Positions 39,048 to 52,539 of a stretch of 64,000 nt of DNA are shown here, piece after piece. Source of the DNA: Trichodelitschia bisporula (taxonomy: Eukaryota); NCBI GenBank assembly GCA_010356995.1, contig ML996706.1, forward strand, positions 315,789-379,788. The letters are read 5' to 3'. The notes under the pieces are model-generated. The model was given only the letters and a program-made list of their open reading frames with translations. It did no database searches and had not been told where the DNA came from. Numbering within the stretch: position 1 is the first letter of the stretch; every line of letters begins with the position of its first letter. The position numbers and the translations under genes were made by a program.

Positions 39048-39572
39048 TTACATCTCTTTGCATGGCTCGATGCGTGTACCGTGATCGTGATACCGTATCG
39101 CATCTGCAAGCCGGAGACACATGCTGTGAGCCATTGGCTTAGTCTTCTCCACCATCTTCACCTTAGCGATGCAGCGTTAAGACCGCATTGCTCCGAATGC
39201 CTCCTGGATACTTGTCAATTCTGAGGAAGCTACAGTAGTGGCCATCTTGGCCCCATATCCCACTGTCAATCGCAGCATGAAACCCCAAGGAACCAGAGTT
39301 AGAGGATTTGAGCTAATCTTACGAGTATCCAGGCGTGTTCGACTCCAGAGGGAGCTGAGCCACGGATATTGTCCCTGCGTCTGTATTTGATTGCTTAGGG
39401 TTGGCCGATCACTCCACACCAGAGGGCGACGTTCTCGCTCCAAGCGAAATTCATTCGAAAGGAAGACATCCCACACGAAGCACTATATATATCCTTATCC
39501 TTATATCTTGTGCCAGTACCTGCGCAGGTCCGGAGCTGTGCGACCGCCATTTCTCCGCCAGCTGTCATCGCA

Positions 39573-40081
39573 ATGCTTCTCAATCAGCTTTCGGTCATTC
39601 TTGTTGGCCTCCTGTAAGATGGCCGAATCCCCACTAGACTGCTAATTCAAGTGTTAGCATACATGCACTCGCCCTCCCTCAAGACTTCCCAGCTTACCTA
39701 TGCCCGGCGCATACAACCTTCGCATCGCCATATGTAACTATGATGATGCCGCGCCGTTGTCCAGTCGTCTACACGACAGCCACAACGCCCGCACCCGGCG
39801 TGCGATGCACTTTCGACACTGCCACTTGTATCAACTTGCTCTGCATGGCCTACACGACTGTCGCCAAACCGTGTCCGCCGATTAACACGGATCCATGTTG
39901 CACGAACCTCGAGACCAGGACTGCGTATAAGGTCCGCCGATTCTCATCCCTTGCCTTGTTACTGAAGCTGAACCGCGAGCAGGCATGTCCGACGGCCTGT
40001 CCTACGGGGTGCGGAGCGACGCAGACGATTACGGTGTCTAAGGCTTGTCCGACCGTGGAGGCGTTGGCGACACCGCTTTGA
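39573..40081 (+). CDS. Small secreted Cys/Thr/Pro-rich protein (one module)
   Basis: Signal peptide MLLNQLSVILVGLLIHALA across intron 39614-39657, which puts exon 2 in frame with ORF 39740-40081; probable in-frame intron 39932-39982; CINLLC and CPTACPTGCG motifs. Confidence 0.75.
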
Positions 40082-40785
40082 GGAGCGTCTGTCTTTGTCG
40101 CGACCGGCATCGCGGACTAGGCTCTCTGGTTTTGACGGCCTTTCGGAGGGCGATGATGTATAACGTGTGTCTCCATGTATTTACGGATGTCAAATCCAAG
40201 CATGCGGCTCGGAGCAGAAAACCGCGTCCTTCCGTCTCGCAACTAATCTCCTGTGTCGTGCTCTAACGAGAGGCAAAACCAGGTTCGCGTTTGGGATCTT
40301 CATAGTGCCCGCACTTCCCTCATAACATACGACCAGATTGCGGGGAAGCCCTTCAATTTCAACCAGCTCGTGTTTGTCAAGTTCAGAGTCATCCAATCAC
40401 TGAAGATTCGACCAACCCCTGCGCCCGCATCGTGCGGGGAATCTTATACGTTCCAAATTTGGCATCAAAATGTTCAATTGGTTGTTGGAAATACGAACTT
40501 TGCGCCACGAATGTGCGAACGATTGATAGATTTTGAGTGCCCGTTGGACGGAGTTGTGTAAGGTGACGGAGAATTAGAGGATTCCGCGGCGATGGAGCCC
40601 GAGCTGAGTGGGTGTGTTTCTGACATTTGTACGTCGGACGTTCGTATTTCACATTTAACGGGCTGGGCGGTCGCACGGCTGATACTAAGGCTGGATATCA
40701 CGAGTGATCAGGCTGTGTCTCCTATAACCAAAGCACTCTCCCAACGAGCCTCAAGCATTCCTATCTTCCTCCATCATCAATCACC

Positions 40786-41411
40786 ATGCTCTTCACAACT
40801 CAAATCCTCCTGGCGGCTCTCGCCCTCATCGCGTAAGCTCCTACTTGATGACCGAATCCCGCTAACAAGCCCAGCACCGCAACATCTCTCAACTGCCCCT
40901 GCTACACCGAAACCAGAACCATCAGTCCAAGCAATTGTCCTCCCCTATCAGGGCCATGTATCCGACCTCTCTGCATCCGCCTCGTCACCAGCACCATCCC
41001 AGGCCATAACCCGCACTGCCCGAACACGCGCACAGTGCAAGTCCACAAGCCGTGTCCCACGAAATGTGAGACCGGGTGTGGGACTTCAGTACGTCTCCTA
41101 CCCACTGCATGTGCCGTCTGATGTGGAAGCAGGTCACCACCGTTACAGCGCCGGTAGCATGTCCAATGCCAACGTCAACCGGGTGCTACACGTACACCAC
41201 CGGCCCGCGGCAGCCGTATCTCTGCCCTGATGTTGCTGCGACTTGTATCCGCCCCATGTGTCTCGTGCAGAAGACGTTAACGGTGCCGGCGGAGGGTCCG
41301 GCATGTCCGAGTACGCCGACGGTGACGGTGACGCCGAGTTGTATCCCGACGTGTGTGGGGGCTTGTGGGACGGTGATTGTTACGGTTAAGGCGGAGCCGA
41401 CGGAAAGTTAG
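40786..41411 (+). CDS. Small secreted Cys/Thr/Pro-rich protein (two tandem modules)
   Basis: Signal peptide MLFTTQILLAALALIATA; introns 40833-40874 and 41089-41132 with canonical signals; CYT..CIRPxC..CPxT..CxxxCxxxCGT occurs twice. Confidence 0.8.
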
Positions 41412-42618
41412 GGGAGGGAGGGGAGGGTTAGGTTGGAGTTAGTTGCGGATTTGTCTTGCTGATCGAGAGTTTAGCGGATCAGATGGCAGTTGGTTTCGTT
41501 CTACCCTGTAACCATTTCTGTATGTCTAGTTTAGCGAACAGCGAGGCTCTTGTTTCAGCAGGTGTTTACGGATGGAGTTAGCATTCACATTTAACAGCAC
41601 TCATTCCCTCTGCGCCCTCGCCCTGATGTAGACAAGGCAGGAGCATTGCTATGAAGGAGGGAGTATGTGAGGACATTTACCACATCGTGTATTTAGTCTC
41701 GAGCGTCTCTTGACTCTTCTTCTCTTTGTCTCCTATCAACCTTCCCATTCACGCCGTGGCCTTTTACACGTGTCAAGCCTATGCTTCCATAACACCCCTG
41801 ACGGCCATCATTTCTTCAAGCCCTCCACCTCCCAGCAGATGCCAACATAAAGTGCTTGTTCCAAGTAAGCTGCCATACCACGTGATACTCAATAAGTCGG
41901 CACAAGCGATCTCCCGACAATATTCGATCTGCCAGCGACAAGGGGCCAACATCAAGCGAAGATCTTTTTGAATGAGCTATCCGAGATTCGGGTACTATCC
42001 CTGATTGCTTGCTATATGCTTCCATGGCCGAATGCTCTCATCTCCCGGGCCAGCTATGGGGTTGAATTGAGCGTGCTGCTCCCTGGCTGTGCCAGAGGGG
42101 AGACCACTCAGGAGGCGCGGCAATCTGGACTTCATCACGACGGTGATGAGATTTCGACCGGTGGGGTAGATACTTGTAAGGAGTTACTGTCGTCCTTTTG
42201 TCCACCACTCAACGTTATAACCGGTCTGATATACCCCGATCTCGCCTGCCGACTCCGAGCTCATCTATCTGAGCCAGGACGGTACGCATAGTAAATCAGG
42301 CCTCATAATTTTATACAGGGCGCCCATGGGCCACCTCATAACGCCTATATGCGCCGCCAACCCATTGGCTCACTTCCTTCGCCTTCATCAACGCGCGCAA
42401 GGCCTTGCAAGTCCATTCGACCACCAGCCTTCCCGCTCGCTAGTTACCGAAGCAGCGGTCATGGGAGACGATCACGCCCATGACGGGCAAAGGTGCGGAA
42501 TGGCGTATGCCCACCCACACCCTTCAAGACACCCTCCCCGACGCACGTTCTCGGCATCTCGCACCTTTATGATCCCCGCTCTCTACGCCCACGCTCGCTA
42601 ACCCACACTCCTTAAGCC

Positions 42619-44527
42619 ATGCACCACACCGCCCCTCTCCTGGCGGCGCTCCTCGTGGCCAGCGTCTCTGCCCAACTCCCTGGCCTCCCCCGCCGCGGCT
42701 CGCCAACCGTATCCCTCGACTCGGGCAGCATCGCAGGAACAACGACGACGGTACCAAAAGGGAGCGCCACCGTCGACGTCGAGAAGTACCTCGGGGTGCC
42801 CTTCGCCGCGCCGCCGGAGCGCTTCCGCGCACCGAAGGAGCCCCGCAGATGGCGCGGGACGCGGGACGCGAAGGCGTACAAGCCGGCGTGCATTCAGCAG
42901 TTCGTTTGTAAGTTCCCCACAAGCGCGGTTTGGGAGTGGGGACTGATTGTGGACAGCTGGGCCCAACCGCGAGTTTACGATGAGCGTGTTTAATAACCCG
43001 GCGCCGCCGGAGAGCGAGGATTGCTTGTATCTCAATGTGTATGCGCCGGCGAATCGCATGAGGAATGGGCGCGGGCGCGCCGTGCTGTTCTGGATTTATG
43101 GTGGGGGGTTGCAGTTTGGCTCGGCGTCGATGCCGGGGTATGATGGGTCGTATTTGGCTGCGTAAGAGGGACTGAGTGGGAGATGGGCGCATGCTGAGAT
43201 GCCGCAGAAACCAGGATGTTGTCGTTGTGACGGCGAATTATCGGACAAATCGTGAGTCGCAGATCGACGGCTTGAGGGTCGCGGAAGGCTGACGCATACT
43301 GATAGTCTTCGGATTCCCGGCATCGCCGCAAATGAAGCCAACGGATCGCAACCTCGGGTTCCTGGACCAGCGGCTTGCACTCGACTGGGTGCAGCGGAAC
43401 ATCGATGGGTTTGGCGGAGATCCGCGCAAGGGTGAGCGGTTCTTGTTCTGTTCTGCTATAGCTTCTGTAAGCATACTTACTACTTCAGTTACCCTGTTCG
43501 GAGAATCCGCCGGAGCCGTCTCGATCGATGCGCTGTTGACATCGTACAACGCCACCAGCAGGCCTCCGTTCCACGCCGCCATTCTGCAAAGCGGACAAAT
43601 CAGCGTCAAGAGGCGAAATACGAACCCCGCACAAGCTTTCGAGAACTGGGCCCTCCTCTCCGCCGCCGTCGGCTGCATGGGAAACCGAACGTTGACGTGC
43701 ATGGAGCGCGTGTCGGCCGGCAAGCTCAAGATGGTCGGCGAGACGAATAACCTCAACTTCAACCCGGTGACGGACGGCGTGACGCTGGTCAATAATCCTG
43801 CAAGCCGAAGGATAGCGGGCCAGATCCCTAGGATCCCGGTGCTCATTGGGAGTAATGCCGGTGAGGGGAGGGTGTTCGTCAAGGGTGCGACGAATATCAC
43901 TCAGTACATTGCGCAGACGTTCCCTGGGCAGCCGGAGCGGAGTAAGGCTGTTGCGAAGGAGTATGCTGTTGGAAAGGATGGATTGAAGACGCCGTATGAT
44001 TCGATAGCCCAGATCATGACGGATGTGCAGTTTGGATGCGTGAGTACCGATGTCTCTAATGGGAATGCCATGCTGACGACTCTTGTGGTAGCCTGTTGGT
44101 CGGTTCGTCAGCGATTCCCTCGCGGGGCGGTATCCGGTCTGGCGTTACTACGTAGGGAACCCATCTCGCTTGGTCAACTAGCACTGCTAACCGGATGTTA
44201 CAGTACAATGCTACCTTCCCGAATCTCGAGAAGTTCCCCAACGCCGGTGCCTTCCATTCCGCAGAAATCGACCTCATCTTCGGCACGTACGGCAAGAGGC
44301 TCGCAGGGCCAGAGAGCGCGTTGCCGAGCACGCCGCAGGAGAATGCGCTGTCAGCGTACATCCAAAAGTCCTGGGCCAATTTTGCGAAGAATCCGCTTGA
44401 CGGGCCTGGGTGGTTGGCAGCGGGTACAGCGAGCGCCGATGTCCTCGAGTTCGGGTCAGCCGAGGCAAAGCTCATACGGGCGAGTGACATTGATTCCAGA
44501 TGCTGGTTGTACAATTCCTTGTACTAG
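42619..44527 (+). CDS. Secreted type-B carboxylesterase (COesterase family), second copy
   Basis: Signal peptide [75 protein letters not shown]; about six introns. Confidence 0.9.
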
Positions 44528-45152
44528 GATGGACAAGAAAGAGGGCGTCTTGAATCCTGGGAAATGGCTTGCTTTGGGGCTATGTAAATTGGGGGAGGTT
44601 GTGAGATTACTTGGACATGGCTTTTAACTGTCTGCTGGAGCACGCTGCGTTGATACCACTAATCCATGTTTTGGTCTGCCTTTTAGTTCTACTTGATACA
44701 TGACGTGCTGCATCACTGCAAGACGACTGACAAGCCTCACTTCGGGGGCTCGTGCGCCACTTGGATAGGATTTTCGACGCGGGCCGGGGTGGACGGGACG
44801 GACGGAAAAGCTTGAATTCGGCGGTCGATGCTTCACCTGACAAGCGACCGGGTTTTGGATCGAGGGTGGGGGGGGGTAGTGATGGTGGGGGAAGATGGGT
44901 GAGGAGAGATCGGCTGATCGGGCTGGGCGGCGGTGGTGGCGATCTCCTTAGCGGTGGTACTGCAGCGAGGCTGCAGGAGTATTCTACTGGGTGTGTACCG
45001 TGCAGAGTACACAGTACGAGTAGACGGGGATAGAAGGATGATGTTTGCTCATTTGAAAGGGTCAAGAAGCAGTGAAGTTGAAGTTTCGTGATAATTCCGG
45101 ATGATAAAACTTCCACACAGCCACGATGCACTCGCCACACCAAACGAGATGA

Positions 45153-45254
45153 AATGGGTGTGCCATGATTGGCTATAACGTTGATCTCGGCTCGGGGCTC
45201 GGACCAGCGTGCTAACTCCGACTTATGTGCTTGGCCAATGAGTCGCAGAGGGTT
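45153..45254. promoter_or_regulatory. Candidate CBC:HapX bipartite sites (CCAAT-N12-RWT) upstream of sreA
   Basis: Minus strand CCAAT(45172-45168)-N12-ATT and plus strand CCAAT(45235-45239)-N12-GTT. Confidence 0.45.
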
Positions 45255-45683
45255 TGTCAGACTCACCAGGTCTCGGCCAATAAGCGTGCGGCTTGGAGAT
45301 ACGCTGTACATCTCAACCGTCGACATCGTTGGGTGCGGCTCGTCTCAAGTCCAGTGACATGTCCAGTGACGGCAAACCGGTGCATGAAAGACGCGACGTT
45401 CGCTAACATCAACATCTTCCCTCGTTCATCTCCTCCTCATCTCACATCGCGTCGCATCGTCGACATTTCCCCCACGACGTTGATAGTGCATCCCGTCCAT
45501 CGGCATCTCGTCCGTCCCTAACCTCTCTCCACCGCTATCTCGCCTGCGGGCTCCCAATAGAGTCTTGATATCAACTTGATCCTCTAACCTCTTAACCACC
45601 TTCACCTTCTTCTTACCACCACTACTCCTATGCTTCAGCAACACTCACTCTGAACGCCCATTTTTCCACAACTAACAACTCCA

Positions 45684-47185
45684 ATGTCGCCCGCCCCCAT
45701 TCAGCAACCCTCCCCACAGGCCTCTGCGCCCTCCCCTTCCTCCTCCTCCGCCGCGCCCACCGCCTCCCCTCTCCCCTCACAAGAAGATCTCGCCACTGCC
45801 GCCGTTCTCAACTCCTTCAACCAGTACCAACCGGGCATGGCGACGACCACCTCTCCCGGCGGCCAATCTTCCCCCCGGCAACCCGATAACCCCGCTCCGA
45901 CCGCGGATATGACGCGCGTCCCATCCCGAACCGCAAGTGAGACCTCGGAGTACCAACTCGACGACATTGCTGCCTACCAAACTGGACAGCGGCGTCCCTC
46001 TGCCGGCAGCACGCCGGCACGCATTGGAGTAGGCGGGCAAATATGCAGGTTCGTCCTATTCCCATCTCATATCAACCTCCTGCTAACCCCACAGCAACTG
46101 CGGAACCACGCAAACCCCTCTCTGGCGCCGCTCACCCACCGGCCAAACCATCTGCAATGCCTGCGGCCTCTACTGGAAAGCCCGCAACCAGTCCCGGCCG
46201 ATCAATCTCAAACGGGCCCCGCCGACGCCTTCCGGCGCACTGAGCACCTCGCCCGCCCAGCACGAGGCGCGGAGTACCTCGCCCGCCGGGCATGCCGCGT
46301 TGACCACGACCTACGTGCCAGCCAACCAAGTTACCTCGGGGACGTGTCCCGGCGACGGGCGGTGTAATGGCACCGGAGGGCACGCAGGATGTAACGGGTG
46401 CCCCGCGTTCAACAACCGCATTGCGAAGACGCAGCAGATTGCGCTCGCCGCGGGAGGCGGAGTGACGGACGCGCCGCAGCACCAAATGCAGCACGAGGGT
46501 GTCGCGCCCGTAATGCCGGCGTGTCAGAACTGCGGGACGACGGTCACGCCGCTCTGGCGCAGAGATGATGGCGGACATACGATCTGCAACGCGTGTGGTA
46601 CGTTGTGCTCATATGGACTATATGCGCGGTGCTGATTATCTAGGCCTTTACTACAAGCTACACGGCCGCCACCGCCCCTCGGGTATGAAAAAGGGCGAGA
46701 TCAAGCGCCGCAAGCGCGTCATGCCCGCGCTGCCCCCCCACGTAAATCAATCCGTCTCCCCCGACCCAGCATACTCCGACGCCCACCACCAGCAGCACGC
46801 CCACCCACGCCCGCAGGGCGATTACCCCTCCCCCCACGAACCGCCAGCCCAGTCCTACGGTCCTCCGCCCGTCGACTTCACCGGCTATACGCTGGCCGAC
46901 CAGCTCCGCGCCGCCGAACAGCTCCGTGCCGCCGAAGAGGCCCGTGCCGCCGCCGCCTCCGCGAATACGCGGAAACGCACACACAGCATCTCCGAGGAGG
47001 ACGGGCCGGATGAATCGGGCACCTTTGCGCTCAGGCCTAGACCTGGGACTATTGATCCCGAGCTGGGGGGGAAGGAGGAGAGCAAGGCGGAGAGGCGGGC
47101 GATGTTGGAGAGGGAGAGGCAGGAGATGAGGGAGAAGTTGAGGGCGCTGGATGAGCAGGTTGCTATGCTGGAGGGGGAGGAGTAG
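45684..47185 (+). CDS. sreA: GATA-type iron/siderophore repressor SreA/Sre
   Basis: Two GATA fingers ([14 protein letters not shown]...[21 protein letters not shown]...[12 protein letters not shown]) flanking the Cys-rich [20 protein letters not shown] region; C-terminal coiled coil; introns ~46049-46094 and ~46598-46643. Confidence 0.93.
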
Positions 47186-47659
47186 GCGCGAAGGGGGTGG
47201 GGTGTATTTTTATGTGGGATGGGTATATTCCCCTGGGTTGGGCTTGGGTCGGCGCTGATAATGATGAATGATGGACGGATATGAATGTGGTATGGGCATA
47301 CGTAGGCTCCATCTGCGGTGGTTGATATGGACCAGATACGCCCCTCCGAGCTGGTTCTAACACCGCTTGTAGAGAATAATCATAAGGTGCGAAGTCACCT
47401 CTCAAAGCATATCTGAACACTGCTCTTAATGCACTTGGAACATGCCGATTGCATGTCACAAATTCAGAAAGAGCATAATGCATGAAGCAGCCCAAGGCCG
47501 TATCGACATTAGGAGCGACATTGCAATGAATCTATCTGACTAACCCACCAGCTCTATGCCATCTAGATACCGGAACGCCCGTTCAAACAGCCTCATAAGC
47601 CTCACCCCATCTCCATACCACCATAAACCCGAACCGGAACGCCGTCCGTCAGCTAAACG

Positions 47660-50600
47660 CTAAACCGCCGTCCCAATATCAAGCTCCGCCACCGCCTCAG
47701 CCAAGTCTCCATCCCTCCAGCACTTGCACCCGAACCTCGCACGGAAGTCCGGCACACTAACCTCCCTCAGCTCCTCCGTCGCCTGCAAGCACGCCTTCAT
47801 CTTCGCAACCCGACTACTGTTCGCCACACCACTCGCCACAACCTCCGTATGCACCAGCACCGCCGCAACGACCTTGCTCGGCATACCAGGGGCTATGGGC
47901 TCGGGCTCCTCGGCAAACAAGCGGAATGCGGAGCAGGCGAATTTCTCGGTGAGTAAGTCGCGCAGCACGAGCGTGGGGTGGTTGTTCGCGAACGTGTCGT
48001 AGATGGTCATGTCCCCGAAATACGGCAGCATGTGCGTGGTGAAGAAGCGCTGAACTTGCGCGAAGTCGAAGCCGGAGTCGACGAAGATGGCGCCTACGTA
48101 GGCTTCCAGGACATCGGGGAGGCATTTGGGCGGCAAGGGGCCGTGGGTCCAATAGTCCGGCGCACCGTTGGAAACGCGTTCTGCCTCCTCGACGCTGAAA
48201 ACGTAGTCGTTAATTTGTGCTGGGAGGTTCGCGTGGCTGTGGCGCATGTGCTTGTGGAAGCCGATTTTGACGCATAGGGCGCCGAGAAACTTGTTGCTCA
48301 CCATGGCCATTTTGTGCTCCGTCAGCCATTGCGGGTCTTTGTCCGGGTACTTGTAGAATATGTAGCTGACACACACGGTGTCGAGCAGAGAGTCGCCTAG
48401 AAACTCCAGGCGCTGGTAGGAGGGCATCTGGTCCCACATGGCTGGGTAAGAGGGGTGATTGAAGCTCGTGCGCAGGAGGAGCGGGTTGTTGAAGTGGTAG
48501 TTGTCCTTGGTCTCGATGATGGCCGCGAGCTCGCGGATGGATGCCGAGATAGGCAGTGAGAGGTAGTTCGGCGGCTTGTAGGCGGCAAAGTAATCATCCC
48601 ATTTCTCCATTGTGTGGTCGAAATGGTCCACAAGCTCCTTCACTGCTTTGACTGCGTCGTTCCAGTTCTCCTTCTTCCATCCGAGCTGATCGTTATGCTG
48701 CACGAAAGCGGCACCAATGAGGGCTTCGCAGACGTCGGCAACAGACTTGTCAGACAAGCCGTGCGTGGGCGAAGCCGCAGGACCGCTCTTCCAGCCTTTG
48801 CCGAATGTCAACTTCAGGCCTTCGGGATACCAGGTGCGACTGTGGCTATTAGCGTTTGATATGTCATGGACAGGGATAAACTTACCGCGAGAAGGCCTGG
48901 GTACGAGCATACTCATATAACTTCAGATCCTTTGCACGACGGAACAAGTTCTTGTTGCACAACATCACCATGCGGGCCACATGACAAAGGTACTCGTCAT
49001 CACCAGGGTATCGAGCAATGAGGGAAATGGTGGTGGCCATCTTCAGGAAACAGTCCCCCATGAACTCGAGACGCTCGTAGTTGTTTCCCATTCCGGGACG
49101 GAAGTTGATGAGCTCTTCTTCATGATCACCGCTATTATCCGAGTCCTTGGTGCAAGCCTCAAGCGCAAGTCTAGCGGACACTTCAATCCCGATCAGCTGA
49201 GACGCCTCGAGAGCGATGAGATAGTCCTCGATACGGTGAATAATGGCTGGCAGCATGTACGCCGAAGTCGCCGCTTGAGGAGCGAGCGCAGATATCTGGA
49301 AAGGCTCGGGGCAGAGCCACGCCTTGGTCCGCAACTCAGTCTCCCTGGTCTCGGGCCGAGCCAGAAGGTTGCGACGATGGGCAATTTGCGTAGCTTGGAA
49401 GACAGGTTGGTTTGGAGTCCATTCCTTCCGCTGACGAGATGACTTCCACAGGCTCACGGAGTAATCCAGGATGTTATCCGTGTGTTTGAATGAGACCGCC
49501 TCCTCCGGGACAGGGTCAGTCTGCTTGAACTCTGGTGCCAGGCGATCACAGAAGAAGCGACGACCACCATCCCACTTATCAACAAGGAACTTGCCTTCGA
49601 AGTCTTCATTTGGCATGGACGGATCCCACCGGAAACCTTCAGGGTTGTCGAGAACGATTTTCATGGCTTTCCAGTCAATGAGACTCTCGGTCTCCGCATT
49701 GGCGGGCCCAAACTGATGGAGGGGAACGATCCAGTATGACATGTTAGCATCATCAGCCTCATACGTCTTATTGAAAAGATCTTTGAAGACCGTGAGGGTG
49801 TAGGACGTCATCAGCTGTATATTCGCAACGTCGACGTAAATCCGCTCCTTCACCTTTCGCGACTTGACCATTGTCATCTCTCCCCCGGTGAGGAAAAGAG
49901 GAAACTCTGGCAAATCTGGAAGCGGCTTTCGAGTGATGAAGCCAAGAGGCCGGTGCTCACGCTCGAGGCCATCAGTGAAGTCCAGCATAGTCAGACACAC
50001 TTCAGTCGGCACAGTTCCCCGCCCCTCCTGCCACATAGCTGGCTTCAGCCTCATGGGATACTGGCTCGTCTTCTTGGAGTTCAAAGCCAACTGGGCGTTT
50101 CGCATCGCTGGAAGGCTCTTGGTGTAAATGGGCATCATGTGCTCATCGAGGTACTCGCCCTCGACCAGCTTGAGGACCATTTCAAATGCAGCTGAGCGCT
50201 TGGCTAGGGACTTGCGAGGCTGAGGATCCCCAATAGCTGACCTAATTGGCGAATTCTCTGGGAGGATAACTTCGCACTGAAACTTTCCACTTTCAGCACG
50301 CATGACGAACTGCGGCGGCTGCGCAACCGCCTGGTCTTTGAGAGGAAGAGCTGAGCAGAAATGGTGGACGACCACAAGGCTGGAGTTATAGGTCACCGTT
50401 GCCCCACTCTTCGGATGGCGAAAGTACTTCCCCTTGCCTTTACAGAACTCATTGGCACTCTCCTCATCGTTTGCCTCTAGCAGCCGGTCTGCTGGCAACT
50501 TGAGGCACCACTCCTGCATGGTTTTGGCTGCCGCTCGAGCGTCCGTTATGATTTTGAGATGGACCATGTTTCCAGATTGGACCATGTCGATGAATTCCGA

Positions 50601-52539
50601 ACCCTTCGCGCGAGCCCGACCTTTGGATTGGATGTATTGGATCATGCTGCGATACAGATCAAAGCGGATGACCAGATTGCACTCGGGGATATCCAGTCCC
50701 TCCTCGGCGACTGACGTGGCAAAGATGCAGTTCAGAGTGCCTTTCTTGAATTGGATGAGAGTCATGATTTGCTCTCGGAAGGTTATCGAAAGCTCGCCGA
50801 GACGCTTTCCCGTTCCAGTGAGCACGCCGACGCGGACATTCGGGAGATCGAGCCGCTCGAAGATGGCATGGAGAAGACGGGCTGTATGCCGCCGCTCCAC
50901 AAAGACGATGCAGCGGGAGTTCGCAGAACTGGCAAAGTGCTCCTCAAGAAGTTTGTAGAGGATAGTGACTTTGCTCGACAGATCAGGCGTGCCCACCTCC
51001 GGACATTTCTTGAACTCCCACTGTGATATGAACCCGGCTGTTTCACGCAGCTTGGCAACATGCGCATCGAATTTCTCCGTTTGATGCACTTTGTCGTTGG
51101 CTGAGTACATGCGCTCCATTTCCATCTCGGCCTTACGGGCCTCGTCCTCATCCAGGGCAAAAGACCAGTAGAAGTCGGAGGCCCAGGTCCCTAGGCTCTC
51201 GCTCGTCTCAAGTGCAATACCCGCATACCGACGGATGATGTCGAGATGTGCAAAGCGTGACTCAATCTCTTTAAACAAAGTGCTCTTAGGAGATTTTGTC
51301 GAAGCTTCATAAGCCGCAACAAAATCCTGGCAGCGGTTACGCCAAGTATCGGCAATCGGAGTAGTCGCAATCCGCGAGTCTAGCAGCTGCTCGAGTTCCC
51401 TGTCAGATGTTAGCTAACAATCCCAATGACGGAACGAGGGATTAGGACCTAGCAGCCTCTACGACGTCTACTTTCGCATCAACCGGCGAAGCTGTCATTC
51501 CGAAAATCCTGGGCCGCGTGGATGGATCGGCCGGGAGGTAGAAGTCCCTAATGAGCCTTGACGAGTCAGTTTCATGTGTAGCAGGTATAGGCCAGAGCAG
51601 CAAATCTTACCGAGCATAGGGATGCTCCTTCTTTGCATGATGGGCTTCATCAAAAATCAGAAGGTTGATCTGGTCCATCTTGATATACGAGTGAAGCATG
51701 GCTTGGTGCAACACTTCAACAGTGCAGACGATGGCCATGTTCTCCCGGAGGTGCTTGTCCCAAACCGACTTGTTCCAGAGATCTGTTCCCATGGCCCCGC
51801 AGAAGCGGTCAATCTTATGATCTAAGTTGCAATTGAGCACCGTGAACTGCTGAAAAACCAGAGTGACGGAGTCGACCTATATCGTGTTAGCAATGGCAAG
51901 GCGTATGGGAAGTGCGATAGCAACCAGGAAGAATGCCATGCGCGGCGTCTTTTTGGCTGCACGTTCTTCGACTTCCTTATCGAGCGTATAGCGCAAAAGG
52001 AGTACAGCAATGAGAGTCTTCCCAGATCCGGTGTCAAGAACGGCAATAGTATTTTCCTTTTTGGCGCGCTCGAACAGGTCGATTTGGTAGTCTCGAGGAT
52101 CAGCGATAGTGACTGATTCCTGCTTGGCCATCAAGCCAGTAACGGAGAGGTCTTCGTCGGCAATTGTCTTCAACTCCGCCGTGAACTCTTCCTTGGAGAT
52201 AGTCGTCACTTTCTTCGCAAACCATTTCTTGAACACAATACGTTGGTTGTATTTGAGCTCAATCTGGGCGGCTACAGCATCGTCAGCAATCTCTTTCGGC
52301 TGAACTTCTTCCTCATCCCAGCCCCAGCTCTTGTCGTCGAACTCTTCGCTAGGAGTGTGTTTGTGCTCAAACTCGCGAAGGGGTGGTTGCGCAGGGGTTG
52401 GTCCATGAGTGATATCATCACCGATGACTTCATGTCTAAAATCTTCCAAATTGGGATGTTCGTTCGGGGAGTCATCCAAAATCGAGCTTAGCTCACGTTG
52501 AGCGTCGTCACTGTGGGAATCGTCCCCGGAATCTCCCAT
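47660..52539 (-). CDS. dcl1: Dicer-like protein 1
   Basis: [33 protein letters not shown] helicase motifs; dimerisation domain; two RNase III signatures ([20 protein letters not shown]); C-terminal dsRBD with CKC; about four introns. Confidence 0.93.

Noticed and set aside
25665..44527. Possible secondary-metabolite cluster (oxidoreductase, hydrolases)
   Set aside because: No PKS, NRPS or terpene synthase backbone gene; these genes are interspersed with housekeeping genes.
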